Below are positions 18,238 to 25,854 of a DNA stretch of 32,000 nt, in pieces. Position 1 is the stretch's first letter, and each line of letters starts with the position of its first letter. The stretch spans positions 1 through 32,000 of the forward strand of contig JAYFQW010000081.1 of assembly GCA_034926675.1 (NCBI GenBank), written 5' to 3'. The translations under genes and the position numbers were made by a program. Below the pieces are notes generated by a model, which was not told the origin of the DNA, ran no database searches, and worked only from the letters and a program-made list of their open reading frames with translations. This DNA is from Clostridia bacterium (GTDB lineage: Bacteria > Bacillota > DTU025).

Positions 18238-18943
18238 AACTGGGATGAGAGGAGAGGCGAGCGAGATGGCATGGCGCAGACTCGGGGGATTTCTGATGAT
18301 GGCGCTGCTCTGTGTGGTGGCGTCACTTCCCGCTGCTGCAGCTAACAAGGATGTCATAGTGCGGCTGGGGGACAGTGGGAGAACGACCTACCAGGGGGCA
18401 AATGGAGACACTGTGCTGGAGGGCGGTGTAAAGATCGAGTACGGCGACACTGTGATCACCGCCCAGCGAGCAGTTGTTAACATGGGAGCAGGTAAGGCGC
18501 ATCTCACAGGCGGCGTTACGCTGGTGCAGGGCGATGTCACACTCGGCTCCGACGCCATGGATGCTGACCTTAAGAAAGAGACCGCTGTGCTGACTGGAAA
18601 CGTGAAGCTTCAGAAGAAGGAGCAGCAGGCCGAGAAGGACTCATCCGGGAAGGCCAAGGTGTCGACGATCGTGATGACCTGTGCGTATCTGGACATCTCC
18701 ACTATCACTCAGGATTTCACTGCCACCGGGCCCGTGAGCATAACCGTGGATAAGCAGAAGGCGCAGTCTGCGAAGGCGACCTATTCCAACGCCCAGAAGG
18801 TCCTCGTGTTGACTGGTTCTGTGTTTATTCAGGGTGGAGACGGCGAGACCATCAAGTGTGATAAAGCCAGCCTACACACTGACAAAGAGGCAATTGAGGC
18901 CGAAGGCAAGGGAATGGAGATCACATTCGTGATCAAGGACTAG
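18230..18943 (+). CDS. lptA: LptA/OstA-like periplasmic LPS transport protein
   Basis: Overlaps lptC by 8 nt. Signal peptide, TVLEGGVKIEYGDTVITAQRAVVNMGAGKAHLTGGVTLVQGDVTLGSDAMDADLKKETAVLTGNVKLQKKE, typical OstA repeats. Confidence 0.87.
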   Translation: MSRTGMRGEASEMAWRRLGGFLMMALLCVVASLPAAAANKDVIVRLGDSGRTTYQGANGDTVLEGGVKIEYGDTVITAQRAVVNMGAGKAHLTGGVTLVQGDVTLGSDAMDADLKKETAVLTGNVKLQKKEQQAEKDSSGKAKVSTIVMTCAYLDISTITQDFTATGPVSITVDKQKAQSAKATYSNAQKVLVLTGSVFIQGGDGETIKCDKASLHTDKEAIEAEGKGMEITFVIKD

Positions 18944-19002
18944 CTCCTCGACTATCCTACCAGTAAACCAAGGAATTCCCCGACATACTAGTGGGGCGAA
19001 CA

Positions 19003-19011
19003 TGCTATAAT
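19003..19011 (+). promoter_or_regulatory. Extended -10 promoter for the ABC-transporter operon
   Basis: TGCTATAAT (TGn-TATAAT) at 19003-19011, followed by purine-rich RBS aggggg and ATG at 19037. It lies in the gap after lptA. Confidence 0.55.
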
Positions 19012-19036
19012 CTCCGTGAATAGGGGGTTTAGCTGC

Positions 19037-21253
19037 ATGTTCGCCCTTTTGCGCGATGGGTTCGTCCGAGACGTGATCGCCGCAGTCCTTGTGACGATCA
19101 TTGTCGGGTCCGGCGCAGTGCTTGCTGTATCGAACGGCGCAGACCGGTTCTTCGGCCGCGCAGTCTCGGGCGTCCTCGGCGAAGATGGGGAGTACGACAT
19201 GGTTGTCCATGTAAGGGCCGAGGTCCGGCGTGAGGCTGCCCGCGCAATTGAATCTGACATCCCCCGGGAACTGCCGGGAGCGCGGGTGAAAGAGGGTGTG
19301 ACAGTCCTGTCGCGCTCGAATTTTCTTGTGGCGCTGCCGGAAAAGAATGCCGAATCATTTGATCGGCTCGTCCGCGTCGCAGCGGAAATCCCGGGATACG
19401 TTGGGTACACAGTAGTGATGGAGCCGAAGATCACAGTGAGCGGAGTGGGGCCTGGGGTGGCTCCCTTGATCACTCCTGAGCTTGAGAAGATCGATGGGGT
19501 CCTGTTCACTGTGCAAGCAGGCGGCGAGATCCATCTTGTGTGCGATTCGCCCGAGTCGGCTCAGTCGGCTGGCCGGACAGCGGAGGCGCTCCTCAGCAGG
19601 CGACAAGTGGTCGACATCAGAATGGCCCCGGGGAGCGAGGCGCTCCTCCCGGGCAGTCCAGCCCGGAGTGGACTTCTGGATGGGATCAGGCGCGGCGCGT
19701 CCAGTGGCGCGTCCAGTGGAACACATCACGGACTGTCAGATGCGGAGGTGCACGACGTCACGCCCGATGCAGCCATAGACGACTCGTCCAGATTAGCATC
19801 TACTCTTCAGAAGATGCGGGGGTTCCTGGAAACGTGGGGCCCAAAGGCAACTGAGTTCTCATCATCTCTTGACGAGGCAGAACAACTGCTTTCTGACTTC
19901 CACAGGGCGGTGCAGGGTGCACTGGTTGCAGCCGAGAGCTCTGAGAAGGCGCTGGCCGAGTATGAGAAGGCCCTGGATTCCCTGATCAGCCTGCAGCGTG
20001 CACTTGAAAGGATCGGTGTCGGCGAGCCCAGTCCGCTCCGGATCGACCCGGAGGCCATTGATTCACTTGTGGAACTGACCGACAAGGCCATTGCGGAGAT
20101 CGCGAGGCTACGCGAGACTGCGGAGGCAGTATCCCTGTTCACCACGAGGTACGATCCTCTGATGGGCAACCTGAAGCTGTGGGAGGGCAGGCTCGATTCC
20201 TTCGCGCGGAAGCTCGAGTTGATCCGCTCTGCGGCAAATGGCGCCGGAGGAGTGGCGGCCGTCCTGAACGACATGTCGACGGCTGCATCTGGGATTCTCA
20301 GGACATTGCAGGAGCTTGATGCAACGGGCCTTCGGCATAAGGTGGAGGCGGCGCGAGAAGACCTCTCTGTGGCCTCTGCGGTGGACGTAGAATCGATAGC
20401 CGCGAAGGTGAGAGAGATGAGAGACTCCATCCCAAAGCTATCTCCCGATGAAGCTGATGGCTCGATTCAGCTCATAGATAAGCTAGTGGAGGAGCAGCGG
20501 GAATTTGTTGGCAGGCTTCAGATTCTTGTGATCTCGGACGTCTCATCGAAGGAATTGACCAAGCTCTCCCGGCTTGCGGCGGGCCCATCGGCGGCAGCAT
20601 CCTATGCGTTGCCAGCAGGGGTAGTTCAGCCGGGAGTGAGATCCGAAGTCCGAACGCTCCTAGGCTCAGTGAGGAGCACAGTGGCTGGAATGACAGCTCT
20701 GGGAATCACCATTATGTCCCTGGTGTTCGACCACGCGGCGATCATATCCACGGCTGCGCACATGGGAGACCGACGGCGCGGGAGGCCGGCGCCGGGAGTG
20801 GCGGGCTGTCTGTACGGCGCCACGATCGGCGGCGTGACCCTGTGGGCCATCTCATTCATCGCCGGCGCTTCCGTAGCATCCCTGGGGCGACCTGCTCTTG
20901 CCGTTGTCGGAATGGCGACCGGTGCGACGGTGGCGATGATGGCGATGCGCGTATCCCCGGTGAACGCGGACGAGATCGAGGCCTGCGCAGCACTGGGCAT
21001 GAACCCCTCCGCGATTCTGCGCGAGGTAATCCTCCCAGCAGGCAAGCCGGGCGTTATCTCCCTTCTGAACAGGTCGCAGCTGGTATTCGCAGGATCCTTC
21101 CCCGACGGATTTGTGCAGAGTATAGGCGGCGTGGACGATGAGGGAGCAGTGGATCAAACTGGATGGGAGGTGGACACTGATGCTCAGCATGCGCCGACTG
21201 ACGCGCTCCTTCGGCCATCGGATAGCGCTCGCAAGCTTCAGCATGGATGTTGA
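19037..21253 (+). CDS. Atypical ABC transporter permease with a ~550-aa extracytoplasmic helical/coiled-coil insert
   Basis: TM1 DVIAAVLVTIIVGSGAVLAV near the N-terminus. Large soluble region with heptad-like stretches (LSDFHRAVQGALVAAESSEKALAEYEKALDSLISLQRALERI). C-terminal hydrophobic segments (AGMTALGITIMSLVF; GVAGCLYGATIGGVTLWAISFIAGASVASLGRPALAVVGMATGATVAMMAM), then a permease-loop-like motif EIEACAALGMNPSAILREVILPAGKPG. Overlaps the ATPase gene. ORF-track start is GTG 19016. Confidence 0.65.
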   Translation: MFALLRDGFVRDVIAAVLVTIIVGSGAVLAVSNGADRFFGRAVSGVLGEDGEYDMVVHVRAEVRREAARAIESDIPRELPGARVKEGVTVLSRSNFLVALPEKNAESFDRLVRVAAEIPGYVGYTVVMEPKITVSGVGPGVAPLITPELEKIDGVLFTVQAGGEIHLVCDSPESAQSAGRTAEALLSRRQVVDIRMAPGSEALLPGSPARSGLLDGIRRGASSGASSGTHHGLSDAEVHDVTPDAAIDDSSRLASTLQKMRGFLETWGPKATEFSSSLDEAEQLLSDFHRAVQGALVAAESSEKALAEYEKALDSLISLQRALERIGVGEPSPLRIDPEAIDSLVELTDKAIAEIARLRETAEAVSLFTTRYDPLMGNLKLWEGRLDSFARKLELIRSAANGAGGVAAVLNDMSTAASGILRTLQELDATGLRHKVEAAREDLSVASAVDVESIAAKVREMRDSIPKLSPDEADGSIQLIDKLVEEQREFVGRLQILVISDVSSKELTKLSRLAAGPSAAASYALPAGVVQPGVRSEVRTLLGSVRSTVAGMTALGITIMSLVFDHAAIISTAAHMGDRRRGRPAPGVAGCLYGATIGGVTLWAISFIAGASVASLGRPALAVVGMATGATVAMMAMRVSPVNADEIEACAALGMNPSAILREVILPAGKPGVISLLNRSQLVFAGSFPDGFVQSIGGVDDEGAVDQTGWEVDTDAQHAPTDALLRPSDSARKLQHGC

Positions 21254-21920
21254 AGAAGGTCAGACAGCTGTGATCATGGGGCCATCAGGCTGTGGGAAAT
21301 CCACGGTTCTCAGGAGCATCATCGCGCTTTCACGACCGGACTCAGGCGAGATACTGTGGCAGGGCAATTCGGTGCTGGATATGTCAGAGTCGGAACTCCG
21401 CCAGTTCCGGAGAAAGACCGGGTTCGTGTTTCAGCGGTCCAACCTCATAGGCAGGCTGAATGTGCTTCAGAACGTGATGCTTCCCGCCGTGATGGCTGGG
21501 ACCGGCATAGATGTGGCCCAATCATGGGCGATCGCGGCTCTGGAAGGAGTGGGTATGGAAGACCGCTCGTCAGCAAAGGTGACCGAGCTGTCAGGCGGAG
21601 AAATGCAGCGGGTGGCCATAGCCCGCGCGATTTCAGGCCGACCCAGATTGGTGCTGTGGGATGAACCCACTGCCTCTCTTGATCCCATCCTGGTAGTTGA
21701 CACGCTGAAGCTTATCGAGGGGCTGATAGATCGCCTGGAGGTGACCATGGTGGTAGTTACGCACGAAGTCAGCTTCGCTCGCCGAGTTGCCGACAGGGTC
21801 ATCTTGATGGAGCACGGCGCCGTAGTGGAGGAGGGTCCGCCCGACAAGGTTCTGGTGTCGCCCGAATCCCGACTTGGTGCGAGGTACGCTGGCTGCCTAT
21901 CTTACCTCGAGGGGCAATAG
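21180..21920 (+). CDS. ABC transporter ATP-binding protein partner of the upstream permease
   Basis: Walker A GPSGCGKST, Q-loop FVFQRSN, signature LSGGEMQRVAIARAI, Walker B LVLWDEPTASLDP, H-loop VVVTHEVSFA. In-frame ATG at 21180 (MLSMRRLTRSFG) is more likely than 21138. Confidence 0.92.
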   Translation: MLSMRRLTRSFGHRIALASFSMDVEEGQTAVIMGPSGCGKSTVLRSIIALSRPDSGEILWQGNSVLDMSESELRQFRRKTGFVFQRSNLIGRLNVLQNVMLPAVMAGTGIDVAQSWAIAALEGVGMEDRSSAKVTELSGGEMQRVAIARAISGRPRLVLWDEPTASLDPILVVDTLKLIEGLIDRLEVTMVVVTHEVSFARRVADRVILMEHGAVVEEGPPDKVLVSPESRLGARYAGCLSYLEGQ

Positions 21921-21980
21921 AAGGAGAACGCGCTGGGCTGTAGAAATCCTCGTGTGCATGGGTATGGAGTGTGACGCGCA

Positions 21981-23255
21981 GTGGATATGATCTTGGTGGC
22001 AGGCGGACCCGGAGATACGCTGGGACTCGCCAGGCCTGCAGTGGAGATGGTGCGTAGAGCCTATCCTGCGGCTGATGTGTGGGTTTTCGTTGCGCCCGTC
22101 TCACGCGCCACCGGGCGAGAGGCACGGGTCGCATCGTCGTTTCCGGGGGTGAGGCGTGCTGTGCCGCCTTCGGAGTTCGTGAGATATCTCGCCACTGGAA
22201 TCCGGCCACCGGGTTTCGCGGCATCTGGGTCAGGAGTCGTAGTTCACCTCGGAGGCGGCATGACTTGGGCCGCCTGCCTGAGCAGGCGACTTCACTATCC
22301 GTTGGTTACATATTGCTCAAAGGCGATCCCTCCAGCTAGATCCGTAGCTCTGTATCTAGTTGAGGATGAACGGGCACAGGCCTCTCTCATCGCGAGTGGG
22401 GCTCCTGCTGAAAAGGTGCGGCCCGTTGGCAACCTCACTGCAGACAGCGCGGCGTTGAGTGTAAGCCGGAATGAGGCCAGAGCCCGGTTGGGAATTGGCG
22501 AGGACGATCGCCTCGTCGGGCTATATCCTGGGCTTCGGCCATCAGAGGTTTCCGCTATGGCGCCCTTCCTCTTCAGGACTGCAGAGCTCCTCTCCAGGGT
22601 TGAGCGGGGTGTGAAGTTCATCATGCCCCTCTCCCCTTTCGTGGGCACATCATCTCTGGAGCGGCTTTTTGCCATTCCGCGGGGCAAATCCAGGCCTGAG
22701 AGATCCTCTGCAGTGGTAGAGAAGAATGCTGGCCCCATTGAGGCCGTAACATCAGAGGGAATCAGGGTGCGCATCGAGACATCCGCGCGGCAGGAAACCA
22801 CAATTGCCTCGGATCTGGCCATCTGCACACCAGGTCCCATCTGCACTGAACTCGCAGCCAACGGTGTCGCCTATGTCGCGGTTATCCCCTCCAATCTTCC
22901 TCACGCTATGACACTCGGTGGGCTTGGGGGCCTTCTGTCGTCAGTCCCTCTCATCGGCGACGCCATTAGGAGCAGCGCGTACAAGCATGCCGCTGCTTCG
23001 TCGAAGTTCTTCACCATTCCGAACATCAAGGCCGGACGCATGGTGACTCCGGAGGTGGCCGGGGAGATAGGGCCCGAAGACGTAGCGATACCCTCTGTTG
23101 GGCTTCTCGGCGATCCTGCGCGTCGCGACAAGATCGGCCGCGAGCTGAGGGAGGCCGTGGGCGGCCCTGGCGCCTCTGGCAGATTCGCCAATCAGATTCA
23201 TCTCATCACTGGTCCGAGCTCACCGGCCAGTCTAGCTGGCCCAGGCCAGGGCTAG
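21981..23255 (+). CDS. LpxB-like (lipid-A-disaccharide-synthase-related) GT-B-fold protein
   Basis: N-terminal MILVAGGPGDTLGLARPAVEMVRRAYPAADVWVF, mid-region LVEDERAQASLIASGAPAEKVRPVGNLTADSA (LpxB-like VGNP/VGNL turn), C-terminal IASDLAICTPGPICTELAANGVAYVAVIP (LpxB-like S/T-GT-x-E-region). No closer assignment possible by eye. Confidence 0.6.
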   Translation: MDMILVAGGPGDTLGLARPAVEMVRRAYPAADVWVFVAPVSRATGREARVASSFPGVRRAVPPSEFVRYLATGIRPPGFAASGSGVVVHLGGGMTWAACLSRRLHYPLVTYCSKAIPPARSVALYLVEDERAQASLIASGAPAEKVRPVGNLTADSAALSVSRNEARARLGIGEDDRLVGLYPGLRPSEVSAMAPFLFRTAELLSRVERGVKFIMPLSPFVGTSSLERLFAIPRGKSRPERSSAVVEKNAGPIEAVTSEGIRVRIETSARQETTIASDLAICTPGPICTELAANGVAYVAVIPSNLPHAMTLGGLGGLLSSVPLIGDAIRSSAYKHAAASSKFFTIPNIKAGRMVTPEVAGEIGPEDVAIPSVGLLGDPARRDKIGRELREAVGGPGASGRFANQIHLITGPSSPASLAGPGQG

Positions 23256-23484
23256 GCCGCATATATCCAACCCCATCCCGCTTACAAGACTCATCCCAGG
23301 AAACCCCGGGCATGTTCCAGGCCTGCTTGTGCAGGTGAGACCTGTTCATCTGTCGAAAGAGATCATAACATGGCCGGATTGCGCGCTCCACGAGGGAACC
23401 AAACTGCACCTATTAGCGTCATTACATGGGGCGAATGGCGATATCTGCACGGAGCAGGTCACAGCCGGTGGGAGTGTTCGGCAT

Positions 23485-24204
23485 TTGGGCATTCGCGGTG
23501 ATCAGCTGGTCAAGGCGTATGGCCGTCGCCGGGTCGTCGACGGCGCCAGTATAGCGCTTGAGCGCGGTGAGGTCGTCGGCCTCCTCGGACCGAACGGCGC
23601 TGGCAAGACCACTACCTTCTACATGATAGTCGGCCTTGAGTCGCCTGATTCCGGTTCTGTTGCAATCGATGGGGTAGATGTGACCGACTGCCCTGTCTGG
23701 AGGCGAGCGAGGCTCGGATTGGGCTATCTCGCGCAGGAACCGTCGGTGTTTCGCGGGCTCTCGGTGGAGAGCAATCTTCGAGCAGTTCTCCAGTTGGCGG
23801 GGGTTGCTCGAACTCAGGAAAGCGCAGATTTGGAGCGCCTGCTCTCCAACTTCGATCTGGCGAGGATACGGCGGCAGACTGGCTTGACCCTCTCGGGCGG
23901 AGAGAGAAGACGGGTGGAGATCGCGCGGGCGCTGGCCGCGTCTCCGTCATACATCCTTCTCGATGAGCCATTCACTGGCATTGATCCGATAGCAGTCGGA
24001 GAAATCCAGGAGATTGTAGGTAGGCTCAAACGCGCGGGCTTGGGTGTGCTGATCACCGACCACAACGTCCGCGACACGCTGGCCATAGTGGATCGTGCTT
24101 ACATAATGCACGAGGGCCGGATACTTGTTTCGGGATCTGCACGCGAAATCCTCAACGATCCGACTGCGAGACGGCTCTATCTGGGCGAACGGTTCACGCT
24201 TTAG
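23485..24204 (+). CDS. lptB: LPS export ABC transporter ATPase LptB
   Basis: LVKAYGRRRVVDGASIALERGEVVGLLGPNGAGKTTTFYMIVGLESPDSGSVAIDGVDVTDCPVWRRARLGLGYLAQEPSVFRGLSVESNL...LSGGERRRVEIARALA...ILLDEPFTGIDPIAVGEIQEIV...LITDHNVRDTL. Hallmark LptB sequence. ORF-track start is 23329; TTG 23485 fits better. Confidence 0.93.
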   Translation: MGIRGDQLVKAYGRRRVVDGASIALERGEVVGLLGPNGAGKTTTFYMIVGLESPDSGSVAIDGVDVTDCPVWRRARLGLGYLAQEPSVFRGLSVESNLRAVLQLAGVARTQESADLERLLSNFDLARIRRQTGLTLSGGERRRVEIARALAASPSYILLDEPFTGIDPIAVGEIQEIVGRLKRAGLGVLITDHNVRDTLAIVDRAYIMHEGRILVSGSAREILNDPTARRLYLGERFTL

Positions 24205-24232
24205 ATCTAGCCCTGCCCGGGAGGGTTGCTAA

Positions 24233-25555
24233 GTGCCCGGTATGGCGCTGATACTGGTTCTGGCTGTCACTGGCGGAGTCATCGCGTACGCTGGAGACCG
24301 TATTGGAATGAAGGTTGGGCGCAAGAGGCTCTCGATCTTCGGGCTCAGGCCTAAGTACACCTCCATTATAGTCGCAGTGATCACTGGTGTGGTCATTACA
24401 GCATGCACGCTGTTCGTACTCACTCTCGCATCTGAGAATGTCCGCACTGCTCTTTTCCGGATCAAGGAGATTCAGGACGCTCTCTCCACTGCCCATTCAG
24501 ATCTGGAGACGAAGCGTGCTGAGGCCGACGCCCTCTCAACCAGAGTCAAGGAGATTGCCGATGAGTACAACAACCTAGAGAGCCAGTTCGACGTGGTCAA
24601 CTCGGAGCTTTCCGAAGCGGTTGCAGAGAAGGCGAAGGCGCGTAAGGAACTCTCAGGAGTACAGGCGAAACTCACGGAATCTGAAGGCCGACTCGAAGAT
24701 GTGAAAGCCAGATTCGCACAGGCATCGGCTGGCCTCGGCAAGGCGAACGCCGATCTTCGCCAGGCTCGAGGGGATGTCGCTGGGCTTGAGGCAGAGAAAT
24801 CCGACCTGGAGCGAGATGTGGCGGCGCTATCCTCGGAGCAGGCGCGCCTGCAGGCAGAGGTCAGTGATCTCGACATGAATGTCCGCGCTCTCATCGAGCT
24901 TAATGCCAGGCTCCTCGAAACCAAGGAGACAGCGCTCATGGGACAGGTCATTTTCCGCGCCGATCAGGTGATTCTCGGAGCGACGATTGACTGCTCGCAG
25001 CGTCGCGACGCCATTGAGAACCAGTTCAACGGGTTCCTGCTGAAGGTGAACGAGATCGCAGTGAGGCGAGGCGCTAGTAGCGATGACCCGGGTGGGGATC
25101 CATTCGTGCTTAAGTTTGACGAGGCAAATGTGGTTGCCGCCCTCCAGAAGATTGCGCAATCCGATTCCAAAGTGATTCTCCGGGCAATGTCCCCCGTGAA
25201 CTCATGGTACGAAGCGCCGTTGCTTGTGTCCCTGCATGTGCTTCCCGATGCCAAGATCTACTCCGCTGAGGAGGTGATCGCATCGAAGATTATCGACGGG
25301 TCTATCGGGTCGAGCCGAATACAAGAGGACATGCTCGAGTTGGTGCAGGCTGTGAACAGTGCGTGCATAGCAGAGGGAATGGCAAGTGACGAGGAAGGCA
25401 AGATCGGTACGGTGATCACGATTTCGGAGTTCACATCGGCCATCATGAACATGGTCCAGCGTAACTCCAAGCAATTGGTGGAGGCCGTTGCAGTGCGCGA
25501 TATCTGGCGCAGCCAGATGTCGCCATCGATCAAGCTCGTCGTCAAGCCCATGTGA
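24233..25555 (+). CDS. DUF3084-like two-TM coiled-coil protein
   Basis: LILVLAVTGGVIAYAGDRIGMKVGRKRLSIFGLRPKYTSIIVAVITGVVITACTLFVL, then long coiled coil, then a C-terminal domain (VIFRADQVILGATIDCSQ...). The GRKRLSIFGLRPKYTS motif is typical of DUF3084. Confidence 0.82.
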   Translation: MPGMALILVLAVTGGVIAYAGDRIGMKVGRKRLSIFGLRPKYTSIIVAVITGVVITACTLFVLTLASENVRTALFRIKEIQDALSTAHSDLETKRAEADALSTRVKEIADEYNNLESQFDVVNSELSEAVAEKAKARKELSGVQAKLTESEGRLEDVKARFAQASAGLGKANADLRQARGDVAGLEAEKSDLERDVAALSSEQARLQAEVSDLDMNVRALIELNARLLETKETALMGQVIFRADQVILGATIDCSQRRDAIENQFNGFLLKVNEIAVRRGASSDDPGGDPFVLKFDEANVVAALQKIAQSDSKVILRAMSPVNSWYEAPLLVSLHVLPDAKIYSAEEVIASKIIDGSIGSSRIQEDMLELVQAVNSACIAEGMASDEEGKIGTVITISEFTSAIMNMVQRNSKQLVEAVAVRDIWRSQMSPSIKLVVKPM

Positions 25556-25593
25556 GCAATTGCGCCTCTAGCTTGGCCTGGTGAGGGCAAAAA

Positions 25594-25733
25594 ACTCGCT
25601 CCCGGTGAAGGAGTTGAGTGCTGCCTTGGAGAATATCTGATAAGGATATGCTGTATCGACATTACCTGCGTTTCCGTGGTTTTCCGATTGAAGCTGGCTG
25701 AAAGGGGGCTCCCGAAACCAGTCGTCGCCAGCT
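25594..25733 (+). promoter_or_regulatory. Potentially structured 5' leader of the OmpM-like gene
   Basis: Hairpin ACTCgCTCC-CGGTGAA-GGAGttGAGT (25594-25619) and inverted repeat AGCTGGC (25692-25698)/GCCAGCT (25727-25733) enclosing GGGggctCCC, in a ~300-nt non-coding gap. Confidence 0.3.
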
Positions 25734-25854
25734 GGACCTGTACGCAACGAGCCTCGCGCCGATCAACGTGCAAGCCTGAGGAAACATGACCACTCGGGCC
25801 AGCGCCAGATGGGGGCAGGCGTCTAGCGTTTACTATCACTAAGGGGGGAATCGC

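Noticed and set aside
19694-19717. 12-bp tandem duplication ggcgcgtccagt in the ABC permease gene
   Set aside because: Only two short in-frame copies encoding a Ser/Gly/Ala linker; ordinary slippage.
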